From the NCBI GenBank assembly GCA_965237675.1, contig OZ250150.1:1-64000 (forward strand): a DNA stretch of 64,000 nt. The letters run 5' to 3'. Positions 47,619 to 56,786 of this stretch are shown in pieces. A model generated the notes under the pieces. That model did not search any database. It saw nothing but the letters and a program-made list of their open reading frames with translations, and was not told the DNA's origin. The DNA is from Candidatus Latescibacterota bacterium. GTDB taxonomy: Bacteria > Latescibacterota > UBA2968 > GCA-2709665. The position numbers and the translations under genes were made by a program. Numbering within the stretch: position 1 is the stretch's first letter; every line of letters starts with the position of its first letter.

Positions 47619-49598
47619 TCAATACCACTTGTGGACGACGTGCCCCCGATTCGGAAACCAGATCGCGTCCACCAGCATCCCCGCCATCACGGCGATGATG
47701 TACCCGACCAGCATGCCCAGGAAAAAGGGCATCGACCGCCGGTAGAACGCCACCCCGCCTGCCCTGAGCATGATCAGCTTCGCCAGCCACGCCACGAGGA
47801 GCGTGGATCCCATGCGCCGCGCCGCCGGGAGGCCGGACAGCGCAAACCCGATCGGGTGAACCGGCCACCTGGCGAACCGGTAGCGCATCAGATTCACAAT
47901 GACCATCGTTCCGGCGCCGATCAGCAGAAACCAGTAGTCAATCGCCTCCATGCTCGCCGGGTTCAGTATCTCGTTTACGGTCATCCCGTACTGCCATTCG
48001 CCTTCGTAGATAATCAGCCAGTTGGGTTGAAAATTGTACGCGCCCATATTGTATCCCAACCAGATCGTGTACAGCGTGGAACTGACCACCCCGACTACAA
48101 ACGCCGCAAACACCCCCCAGAAAAGACGGTGTTTGTCCCTTCCGACAAAATCGCCCAGGCGATTGATCTGCGCGACCAGCGGCATGATAAAGCTCCTCGG
48201 GTGGCTGATTGTGAATGACAGCAGGCCGAAGGTTGCGCGCGTGGAGGCATTCAGGGTCTTTGCGCCACCCACCAGCGCACCCGAAAGTTCCCAGGCGGAA
48301 GCGGGCGGCTGGATATAGATGATTCCCGAATCGGCCACAACCTTGGCCACGAAGAGATAGGCAATGAACATAGTGGGAATCAGCAGCGCGACCATCCGGG
48401 GCTCCACCCCCACCCGCCCGAGAAATGCCGCGATGTATACGCAACTGGCCAGAAGGCCGATCAGCGCGGCGCGGTAGGAGAGCAACTCCCGCCCTTCGTC
48501 CACGGAGGACCGATCCGGGTGAAGCGCCTTTTGCAGGACCTGTTGAAGGTGCCGCCGGGAGATCCAGAGCCACCAGAGGACAAGAGATACGAAGGCTCCG
48601 GCCGTCTGCCACTTGTAGGTCGTTGTGGTATAGGGGCCGGCGCCGTAGTGGGGGGACGTGGCGGAGATCCCGATGCGATTCAACGCGCCCGCTTCGATCA
48701 TGTACACGAAATCGAAGAACCAGATGCTGAAGAGCACATCGAGGCTGGCGAAATAGGAAAAGCAGATGACTGGCGTGCTCAGAAAGATGAAAAAGGGCGG
48801 ATATTCCTTGGGAAGGAGATCCCAGATAAAGCGTCCGGTTGCCGTGGGAAAGCTGGGGACCATCGGGTAGAACCAGGCGATCATATTCCACCAGAAGACA
48901 ATTGACGTCAACGCGAATCCCGCCCAGAACACCTTGCCCTTCATAAACTCCGGCAGCCACCTCCTCCCGGTCCCCGCCCGCGATGTCATTTCCAGAACCG
49001 GAGCCAGCGCCGGATACACCAGTTTTTCATGGTCGGCCCACTGGCGGTGCAGGAGAACCGAGATACAGATACACGCGAAGCCCAGAACAAAAACAAAAGA
49101 GAGCCACCAGATCAGCGGAAGGCCCCAGACATCCCATGGGACGGATGTCCGACCCGGCAGCCCCTCGTAGAACCAGGACATTGCCCCGTTATCGTTCGTG
49201 GGGATCAGCCACCCTGGCAGGTGCGGATGGAGATACTCCGCCCAACGGTTCTCCGGCGTCGCGAAATAATACGGGGACGCCATCATACCCACCAGGTACC
49301 CGCTGACCCCGTAATTGGGCCCGATGGCGCTGATGACCCCCATGCTGAAAACCGTGATCCATTCCGATGGCGCCAATACGAAGGCAGCCCCGAACCTCCG
49401 GGCAAGCGCAGCACAGGCCAGAATCGATACCAGGCACAGCAGCAGCACGCCCATGGGAATCTGGGCGATCATCATGTACGACCCTTTCTGGATGTAGCGG
49501 GCCGTACAGGCCAGCAGGCTCATGGCCATCGCGATACACAATCCGATCACGATCGACCGAAGCGTCACCCGCGCTTCTGCCTGTGTCTTGTCGCTCAC
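47619..49598 (-). CDS. DUF6785/DUF6784-type polytopic membrane protein (putative transporter), copy A
   Basis: YYFATPENRW, FYEGLP....PW..W, HRQWADHEKLVYP, WPVHPIGF, PFFLG; many TM helices. Confidence 0.75.
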   Translation of the reverse strand: MSDKTQAEARVTLRSIVIGLCIAMAMSLLACTARYIQKGSYMMIAQIPMGVLLLCLVSILACAALARRFGAAFVLAPSEWITVFSMGVISAIGPNYGVSGYLVGMMASPYYFATPENRWAEYLHPHLPGWLIPTNDNGAMSWFYEGLPGRTSVPWDVWGLPLIWWLSFVFVLGFACICISVLLHRQWADHEKLVYPALAPVLEMTSRAGTGRRWLPEFMKGKVFWAGFALTSIVFWWNMIAWFYPMVPSFPTATGRFIWDLLPKEYPPFFIFLSTPVICFSYFASLDVLFSIWFFDFVYMIEAGALNRIGISATSPHYGAGPYTTTTYKWQTAGAFVSLVLWWLWISRRHLQQVLQKALHPDRSSVDEGRELLSYRAALIGLLASCVYIAAFLGRVGVEPRMVALLIPTMFIAYLFVAKVVADSGIIYIQPPASAWELSGALVGGAKTLNASTRATFGLLSFTISHPRSFIMPLVAQINRLGDFVGRDKHRLFWGVFAAFVVGVVSSTLYTIWLGYNMGAYNFQPNWLIIYEGEWQYGMTVNEILNPASMEAIDYWFLLIGAGTMVIVNLMRYRFARWPVHPIGFALSGLPAARRMGSTLLVAWLAKLIMLRAGGVAFYRRSMPFFLGMLVGYIIAVMAGMLVDAIWFPNRGHVVHKWY

Positions 49599-49642
49599 GA
49601 TTCACCACTCACAAACGTCCTTCGCGGGCTGTCCGGGCCCTA

Positions 49643-50974
49643 TCAGTCAGCAGACACGGACGCGAACGGATTGATCCAGACAACGGCCCGGGTCCCCCAG
49701 TCGGTGGACATCACATCGTCGTAACCGTCACCGTCGAGGTCCGCCACACGGACGATATTCGGCCAGTTGAGGCCCGCGCCGTCACCGAGGCGGGTCGCCT
49801 CCCACAGGGTTCCGTCTCCCCTTACGTTCCGGAAGACGTAGACCCCCTCCCCACCGTCGGAAGGCGCCACGATATCCAACCGCCCGTCCCGGTCCACGTC
49901 GCCGATGTCGAAGGAATAGGCGTGCCCCAGACCACCCGCGATTTCATGAAATTTCCATTCCCTCCCGGGCCCCAGCCGTTCTCGCCAGGCCAAATACCCG
50001 TTTCTCAGACTGGTCTCGACACAATCGAGGTCGCCATCCGCGTCCAGGTCCGCGAATCGCACGTGGACCTGGGAAACGGGTTTGTCGGAATAGCGGGCGA
50101 CCCATAGACGTACCGAATCGGGCGATTCCACGCGGATGGAATCGCGCTTCCATTCAGTCCCCTTGCCATCGGCATTGATCAGCAGGAACGGCCTGGACGC
50201 ATGCTCGGAGGCGCACACGAGATCCATATCTCCGTCCCGGTCCACGTCCCCTGCGTCCACGCCGATCAGGGGAGGCAGATCGACGCGAATCTGCACTTCC
50301 TCCCACGAAGGCGATGCGTGGGCTTTTTGCCGAAACCACCCCACTTTGTCGCCTGATTCCGATATAGAGGTGACCACGATATCGTCGAGATTGTCTCCGT
50401 CGATATCCGCAACGACGGCCCTTACCGGAAGCTCCAGCACTTTCGACCGGAGGATGTGCTTTTCCCATTTTCCGTCGGAAGTCTCGTAAAGAACCGTCTC
50501 GCCCGACAGATAGCAGGGGACCACAACGGCCGTTCTGCCACTGGCGGTGCGACGGAGAACAACGGCGTCCTTCGGCGTGACCTGCCGGTCGTCCAGCAGA
50601 TGGGTACGAAAGACCAGTCCTGCGTCCGGCCCTGCGGCTACGTTCTCCAGCCAGTAGACCATGCCGTATTCCCCATCCTCACCCACGATCTTTTCCCCGC
50701 CCGACTGAAAGACGACCACGAGGTCCAGGTCGGCATCCCCGTCGAAATCGGCCGCGTGGATTCCGTAGGAATTGGTCCCGGAAAGCGTTCCGCTTTCGGC
50801 CTCTCGAAGGTCGATAACCCGCCACCTCGCGGCCGCATCGGCGTCCAATCCCCGGATGTTGGGACTGAGTGCCAATATTTCTGCAGGAACCTGGGCGGCG
50901 GCGGGTTTGGCGGCGGCGAAGGCAAGGGCCGCGACCATTCCCACGAAAAATGCCCGGAAATCGAAGTACGACAT
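49643..50974 (-). CDS. Secreted FG-GAP/VCBS repeat protein
   Basis: Signal peptide ending AAA|Q; repeated AD.DGDGD.D(L/I)V motifs; start overlaps the upstream stop. Confidence 0.88.
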   Translation of the reverse strand: MSYFDFRAFFVGMVAALAFAAAKPAAAQVPAEILALSPNIRGLDADAAARWRVIDLREAESGTLSGTNSYGIHAADFDGDADLDLVVVFQSGGEKIVGEDGEYGMVYWLENVAAGPDAGLVFRTHLLDDRQVTPKDAVVLRRTASGRTAVVVPCYLSGETVLYETSDGKWEKHILRSKVLELPVRAVVADIDGDNLDDIVVTSISESGDKVGWFRQKAHASPSWEEVQIRVDLPPLIGVDAGDVDRDGDMDLVCASEHASRPFLLINADGKGTEWKRDSIRVESPDSVRLWVARYSDKPVSQVHVRFADLDADGDLDCVETSLRNGYLAWRERLGPGREWKFHEIAGGLGHAYSFDIGDVDRDGRLDIVAPSDGGEGVYVFRNVRGDGTLWEATRLGDGAGLNWPNIVRVADLDGDGYDDVMSTDWGTRAVVWINPFASVSAD

Positions 50975-52194
50975 CACCGCCTCCCGGGCATCTTTGTCTT
51001 GTGGATGCGCCCGCCGATCCCGCCCAGATCCGCCGGCATCTGTCCGGAGGGCCGATCCGCGCCCGGTCGGAAGTCAGGAACCGTCACGACCCTGCTGCAT
51101 TCCGCGATCGAATCCACGGCCAGCACCGCCGGGGCCATCGAATCCATCACTCTGTAAACGTCGAACGCGAGTGTCTTGCCTCCCAGGATCGCGTCCCGAA
51201 AATGCATGTGCACATAGTAGTCGGCATCGCCGTGGCCGCTGTCCCGCGCCTCCGGGGGCGCGTCGGTCCGACGGTACTGCCAGTCGACTTCCATCCAATC
51301 GTTCATCTGTGTGTCCGCCAGCCACAATTTCGGCTTCTCTTTTCCGGACCGACGCCATTCAACGCTTCCCTTCGTCCCGATCATCTGCCACCAGTGGTGG
51401 TCTCCGCTCGGCCTGGGCTGGTTGAACCCGTTCAGCATCCGGATCAGCGTATCTTTCTCCGTCTTCATCAGCGCCACCTGGATATCGGCGTTGAGCATTT
51501 CCGGCGTCGTATAGCTCGGTGAGTTGGTGCTCATTGCCGTCACCTCGATCACGCGGTCGTCGAGGATCTTCAACAGGATGCTCAGGTCGTACGAAGCCGA
51601 GATAATGTAGGGCAAATATTGCGGGCTTGCGGGTTCGGCCTCCGGGTGGTCGGGGAGCGCCTCAACCGGATACTGCTTGCCCGTGTTGAAATCCTGAAAC
51701 CACTGATGGGTGCCGTAGTAACCCAGATACTGACCCTCGGCGTAAGTGATCCTTCCCAGCATCCCGTCGTCCACCAGTGTCTTCCAACCGTCCACGAACC
51801 CCCAGAACCGCGTCTGCTCCGCCAGGCTGTAGACCAGCCCTGTACGCTCCACGTTCGTTACGATACGCCAGCACTCCTCCATCGTATAGGCCGCCGGCAC
51901 CTCGCTGTTGACGTGCTTACCTGCCTCCAGCGCCTCGGCGGCCATGGTTCCCTGCTCCAGTTGCCTCACCACCAGCCCCACCGCGTCCATGCCCTCGTAC
52001 GCCAGAAAATCGTAATAGTTACCGAATACCCTCACGTCTTCCCGATAGGCGATCTCGGCCAGGGCCCGCTCCCGCAGCGGCTCGATCCAGTCGTAGATCG
52101 CCGTAATCCGGTAGCCCGGTACTTTCTGCAGCAACCGGATCCAGTGCAGCCCGCGGTGGCCCAGTCCGGCAACGCCAATTCTGATCTCATCCAT
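50974..52194 (-). CDS. Gfo/Idh/MocA oxidoreductase (GH109-like GHGxxD motif), copy A
   Basis: IGVAGLGHRG, GKHVNSEVP, AEGQY, SGHGDAD; SD GGAGG before ATG 52194. Confidence 0.85.
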   Translation of the reverse strand: MDEIRIGVAGLGHRGLHWIRLLQKVPGYRITAIYDWIEPLRERALAEIAYREDVRVFGNYYDFLAYEGMDAVGLVVRQLEQGTMAAEALEAGKHVNSEVPAAYTMEECWRIVTNVERTGLVYSLAEQTRFWGFVDGWKTLVDDGMLGRITYAEGQYLGYYGTHQWFQDFNTGKQYPVEALPDHPEAEPASPQYLPYIISASYDLSILLKILDDRVIEVTAMSTNSPSYTTPEMLNADIQVALMKTEKDTLIRMLNGFNQPRPSGDHHWWQMIGTKGSVEWRRSGKEKPKLWLADTQMNDWMEVDWQYRRTDAPPEARDSGHGDADYYVHMHFRDAILGGKTLAFDVYRVMDSMAPAVLAVDSIAECSRVVTVPDFRPGADRPSGQMPADLGGIGGRIHKTKMPGRR

Positions 52195-52362
52195 GGATTC
52201 CTCCAATTGTTTTGAGGTTACCGCCTGTTCAAGTGTGCAAATTTCGAAAGACTACAGACAGGCGCCGCTTCCATCATCAGATATCGCGGGAGCAAGGCGA
52301 ATTCGTCTCCAGCCTCCCTCCAGTTGGCCCTCTGGTTGCAATGGCCGTCGCCGCTTTTTTCG

Positions 52363-53280
52363 TCACACCGGAAAGCGCTCGCAGCCCAGCGCTTGCGCCA
52401 TTGCCCGGATGTGCGACGGGCCCGCGCCGCAGCAGGCGCCGATGAAGTTGATTCCCTCCGCCTTCGCCTTCAGGGCATATCCCGCCATCTCGCTGCCCGA
52501 CACGATCATTGACTCACGGATCACCGAATTGTTGGGGCCGGCATTGCGATAACCCTGTGGCTGATACGCGATGGGGATATCCACGGCCTGCCGCATCGCC
52601 AGAACGCCCGGCCACAGGGTCATTGAATCGCCAGCGCAAACCAGGCCGACGATATCCGCGCCCTCGTCCGCCAGGACCTTCGCGCACTCGGCTGGCGTGG
52701 CGCCGTCCTGCGTGCGGCTGCTCGAACCCATCAGCACCATCGCGGGAACGTGTGTTTTCTTACATCGCGACAGGCACAGCCGGGCTTCGTCCAGCCGCGC
52801 AAACGTTTCCGGCACCAGAAGCCCGGCGCCCGCGTCCACCATCCAGGAAATGTGCTCGTCCCACTCCGCGCATGCCCGCTCGCGCGCCCGTGCATTGTCG
52901 GGCCTGAAAATGTACGGCCCCGTCCACGAGCCCGCAGCCGTCTGGTTCAGGCACCCGGCGACCAGGGCTTCGCCGCCGGAAGCCTCCAGGGCCAGCCGGA
53001 TTGCCGTGCGGGAAATCTCCTCCAATCGGGCCGCCTGCCCGCTGGGCCCGTCGCCCGGTTTATAACGGCGTTCGAGTTGCGACCGGCTGGTCCACCAGGT
53101 CTGCGCCTGAAGTACATGGGATCCGGCCCTGAAGAAATCCTGGTGGATCTGACGCAGCGCATCCGGATCTTCCAGAATCATAGCGGGTGTATCGTACCCC
53201 CGCCACCTCGCCTCGATAATCATCCCCCCGTCGCTGAGAACAACGCCCTCCTGCAGCATCTTCAATATGTCCCTGCCCAT
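52363..53280 (-). CDS. Homocysteine S-methyltransferase family protein A
   Basis: LSDGGM, HQDFFRAG, ETF, VGLVC, IGACCG (three Zn ligands); SD AGGAGG before ATG 53280. Confidence 0.88.
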   Translation of the reverse strand: MGRDILKMLQEGVVLSDGGMIIEARWRGYDTPAMILEDPDALRQIHQDFFRAGSHVLQAQTWWTSRSQLERRYKPGDGPSGQAARLEEISRTAIRLALEASGGEALVAGCLNQTAAGSWTGPYIFRPDNARARERACAEWDEHISWMVDAGAGLLVPETFARLDEARLCLSRCKKTHVPAMVLMGSSSRTQDGATPAECAKVLADEGADIVGLVCAGDSMTLWPGVLAMRQAVDIPIAYQPQGYRNAGPNNSVIRESMIVSGSEMAGYALKAKAEGINFIGACCGAGPSHIRAMAQALGCERFPV

Positions 53281-53744
53281 CCTGATCCTCCTGTGCAAGA
53301 ATCACCCGCGAGTTCCGATCTATCTCCCGGCGCTAACGATGTGTTCCCGTCTTCTTCCTCCTGCCGCCATTTACGCTCCGCGCGGCAACATTCCTCTTTA
53401 ACCTCTATTATACACATATCCCTCTCAATTTTAGGAAATTATATATTCCACACCCTTGTCTTTGCGGTAAAATTCCAATACCCACTTCGGCACTGTCCCA
53501 CATAAGCCCCCAAAAATAAGGGGATTACGGCGAAAAAAATGACACCATAATCCCCTGAAATCAAGCGTCTGATTGAAAGCTGTCCATACTCAAATTTTAG
53601 ACCCTCGATCTTTTCTGCCAAATTGGAAACAGTCTCGCAATTCCGTTAAATATTGATGATGCAGAAATCGACAAGCCCAGGTGGGGGTTTTGGGAGAAAT
53701 GGTTGCATTCGTTTTTTCCTTTCTTCTTTGAGACAGTCGAGGGG

Positions 53745-55163
53745 CTACTCTTTCGGCCAGCCATCGGGTATTTCGTCGGCAGCGAGGGCGGCCTGGATGG
53801 CGACAGCGGCATTGCTCGTAACCCACCCGCTCCAAAGGTCGGCTTTGGAGCGCAACCACCAGAGAGCTGCGTCATTCACGCCGGCCTCGGGGTTATCACG
53901 TTGCCAAATGGCGACTTCCTTGTAGAGATTGATATCGAGGCCCCATGCCCGCAACATCGCTACAACGTCCGCGGCCCTGGTCGGCAGACTGGAATGCACC
54001 GAAATCAGGATCGTTGCATCTTCGTAGGCGCAAGCCATGTTCGCAGCCCAGCACTCGTCACTGTATGCGGGCTCCTCGAGCCGTACCAGGTCCAGGAGCA
54101 AGGCCGGGTCATTGGCGCCCCACTGGTAGCCGAGCCATGGCTCGCGTTTTTCGTAGGCACTGTACAGGTCGGCGTCCAGAGCATCGGCATCATCGGGGGT
54201 GACGATATGTACGTGGTCAGATAGGCCGTAGCCATTGACCTGGGCGACATTGATCTTCGCGCAAGCCCAGCCGCTAACGCAGGACATCAGACGCGCTTTG
54301 CCTCCGGTCTCCGCGGTCGCAAACAGGTTCTTGAAGCGGTCGTCTTTGAGATCATCTACGCTGTCCAGATCAGGATATTGCTCCTGGAGATACGCGGGAA
54401 TGACAAACGCTGACTGCCAGTCCTTGCCCAAACTTGGGCCCACGAGAATCACTTCCCCGGCGGCTTGAGCTTCTATCCAATCTTCTTCCTGGTTGGGTAG
54501 CCAGATCTCCATAGTCACGTGGGTATCACCTCTGCGCAGTCTTTCAAACAGGGGCAGCGAGGCGCCTGAGATCACGGCGGTAGGATAGCCGTAGCCCTTC
54601 TCCACGATATACTGGGCGATACGGTTCTGCACCTGGGCACTGGACCAGTCCAGGTCGCTGAAAACGATGGACTCTTTAGGCTCTACCTCGACAATATTCT
54701 CCAGCGCGGATAAGCCTGTCACGCGAGCCTTCCCACCAATGGGCAAATTCAGCAACACCTTGTAACCTGCGTTAATCGGAATGCTCGACCATAAACCGAT
54801 CTGAACCTCATCCTTCCGAGCACGCGCCTGATAATAACCCGTCAGATTGTCCCCTGAAAGTTTCAGTTCTGCCTGACCATTCTCATCGGTTAAAACCGAC
54901 GCGCCTGCGAACTCCGTGTAATCTGCTGCCCGTCCGGAAATAGACCGCGCGAATTCCAAGGCTGCACCGGTCACTGGGGTGCCATCCTGCGATAGAGTGA
55001 ACGTCACCACCGCATGTAAGGCACCTTGTTGCAAGGCCAATTTACTCAGTGGCTGTCCGACCTCACCGTTTGTCTCTGTCTCCTGCAACTGCGTCAGGCG
55101 CTCGCCTCCACAACTCCACGTCACGCATATGGCAAGCGCGATCACAACCATACGTATCGACAT
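53745..55163 (-). CDS. Lipoprotein: N-terminal beta domain fused to glycine betaine/choline ABC substrate-binding (OpuAC/ProX) domain
   Basis: Lipobox VTWS|C; FSDLDWSS, YIVEKGYGY, MEIWLPN, SC.SGWAC, LGYQWG; SD GGGAGG before ATG 55163. Confidence 0.82.
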   Translation of the reverse strand: MSIRMVVIALAICVTWSCGGERLTQLQETETNGEVGQPLSKLALQQGALHAVVTFTLSQDGTPVTGAALEFARSISGRAADYTEFAGASVLTDENGQAELKLSGDNLTGYYQARARKDEVQIGLWSSIPINAGYKVLLNLPIGGKARVTGLSALENIVEVEPKESIVFSDLDWSSAQVQNRIAQYIVEKGYGYPTAVISGASLPLFERLRRGDTHVTMEIWLPNQEEDWIEAQAAGEVILVGPSLGKDWQSAFVIPAYLQEQYPDLDSVDDLKDDRFKNLFATAETGGKARLMSCVSGWACAKINVAQVNGYGLSDHVHIVTPDDADALDADLYSAYEKREPWLGYQWGANDPALLLDLVRLEEPAYSDECWAANMACAYEDATILISVHSSLPTRAADVVAMLRAWGLDINLYKEVAIWQRDNPEAGVNDAALWWLRSKADLWSGWVTSNAAVAIQAALAADEIPDGWPKE

Positions 55164-55225
55164 ATCAACCTCCCTTGCACGACATTCTACCCTGTTTTTC
55201 TTGCGATCATCAAAGTACACGACGA

Positions 55226-55255
55226 TATATAAAATAACCTATTTCTGTTTGTCAA
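55226..55255 (-). promoter_or_regulatory. Possible promoter of the betaine-binding lipoprotein
   Basis: Minus strand TTGACA-N18-TATATA in an AT-rich stretch. Confidence 0.4.
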
Positions 55256-55311
55256 GATGAATTACACGCCGAAGTCCTGACAAAATGTACCTTGATTAAT
55301 CAGGCCAGGCG

Positions 55312-56247
55312 TTATCTCGGCCGGAGTTCGATGTGTTTCCGTTCGCAGTCCAGCGCCTGGGCCATCGAGCGAAGGAGTCGTACCACAACCCCGTCCGACC
55401 CGCCCAGAAAGCGAATATCGTGCGCAATCGCCTTCAACGCGTACTGTCCCAGTTCCATCCCGTAGACGTGCATGGCCTCCCGCATCCCCTTCCAGTGTGG
55501 CCGGCATGTCCGATACCCATTCGGCAGAAAGGCGATCGGCGTGTCCACCGCGTTTCGCATTTCCAGCACAACCGGCCACAGGTCTTCCGGCTCCCGCATG
55601 CCGCCCCCGCCCACGACGTCTGCGCCGTCGCCGGCCAGGACACGTGCGCACTCGGCCGGCGCGACACCATCGGCGGTGACGTCATCCTCTTGAAGCAGGG
55701 GATTGTTCAACCGCCCCTCCGGCAATGCGATGTCCACCGAAACCACCACCGGCAGCACGCTCCTCTTGCTGCACGCCAGCGCCAGGCGTGCCTCGTCTAG
55801 CCGCCCGAACGACTCACAGACAAGCAGGTCCACACCCGCGTCGGCCAATATCTCGACCTGTTCCTCCCACTCCGCCCGGGCGCGGTCCGCAGATCCCGCG
55901 TCATCGCCCTGAAAGGCCCCCGTGGAGGACAGTGTCCCCGCCACCAGCGCCTCCCCGCGCGCCGCGCCCTTCGCCAGCGCCACGGCTCTCCGGTTCAACG
56001 CGTCGACATGGTCGACCCCACCCGCTTTCCCCCGCTCGCCAAGCCCGGTTCGGGTACACTGACCCGCCAGGGCTCTGATCACGCCGGCGCCTGCCCGGAA
56101 AAAATCCTGGTGGACCAGCCGCACCGCGTCTGGGAAGTCCTCCAGCACCCAGGGCGCTGAATATCCCCGCAGCCTCAGTTCCTCCGCGTTTCCACCGTCT
56201 CCCAGTACGAACCCATCTTCAAGGGATTTCAAAACGGACTCAGGCAT
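55312..56247 (-). CDS. Homocysteine S-methyltransferase-fold protein lacking the Zn-binding cysteines
   Basis: LGDGG, HQDFFRAGA, ESF, collinear with its paralogs; VGLVC becomes VGGGG and GACCG becomes GGSDG; frame intact with SD GAGGAG. Confidence 0.82.
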   Translation of the reverse strand: MPESVLKSLEDGFVLGDGGNAEELRLRGYSAPWVLEDFPDAVRLVHQDFFRAGAGVIRALAGQCTRTGLGERGKAGGVDHVDALNRRAVALAKGAARGEALVAGTLSSTGAFQGDDAGSADRARAEWEEQVEILADAGVDLLVCESFGRLDEARLALACSKRSVLPVVVSVDIALPEGRLNNPLLQEDDVTADGVAPAECARVLAGDGADVVGGGGMREPEDLWPVVLEMRNAVDTPIAFLPNGYRTCRPHWKGMREAMHVYGMELGQYALKAIAHDIRFLGGSDGVVVRLLRSMAQALDCERKHIELRPR

Positions 56248-56419
56248 AATACCGCTCCTCTCCTTTAATCATCTCACAACAGACGACACAGGGGGCCAAA
56301 TTGCAGTCCCGAAAAGCGGACAACCCACACAAGAACTGCTCTCCTGCAGAAGACAGGCCTTACCGCATCAATCACCTTTCCTTTTCATCTTCCCCACCCT
56401 TAACGTCCCCTATTCCCTT

Positions 56420-56595
56420 GCCCTTTTTCTTGCTTCGCCCAAGAAAAAGGGCGAAAAAGAAGGGCGCCGCTCAAACGCCGCGGGGCTGCTTTTCCGCGAA
56501 CCGCCTCAATAGAGTAGACACGCTCTGCTGCCCTTCGTCACCTTCAGCCGTATCATAACGCTGGCAGTGGATGGATTAGCGCGGAAAAGCCCCCA
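56420..56595. repeat. Structured intergenic repeat element (MITE/ncRNA-like)
   Basis: 13-bp stem GCCCTTTTTCTTG / CAAGAAAAAGGGC (56420-56452) plus long-range 11-bp stem GCTTTTCCGCG (56488-56498) / CGCGGAAAAGC (56580-56590). Confidence 0.65.
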
Positions 56596-56732
56596 TGCCA
56601 CCACCGGCCGGTCGTGAGTTTTCGAGGTATGGATCCCGGTCTGGATTTGCGTTTGTGCCGGCTCTTGTTGAACGCTGGCTGCTTTTTCTTTGTGTCTTCG
56701 TGTCTCCGTGTTAGGCCGGTTTTCCTGGTTAT

Positions 56733-56772
56733 CCTCCCCCTTTCCTTTAGGAGAGGGGGCCGGGGGGAGGGG
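56733..56772. repeat. REP-like palindrome (CCCCCTTTCCT...AGGAGAGGGGG type)
   Basis: CCTCCCCCTTTCCTTTAGGAGAGGGGGCCGGGGGGAGGGG directly downstream of the DUF6785-type gene. Confidence 0.55.
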
Positions 56773-56786
56773 TGCTCGACGGGACA

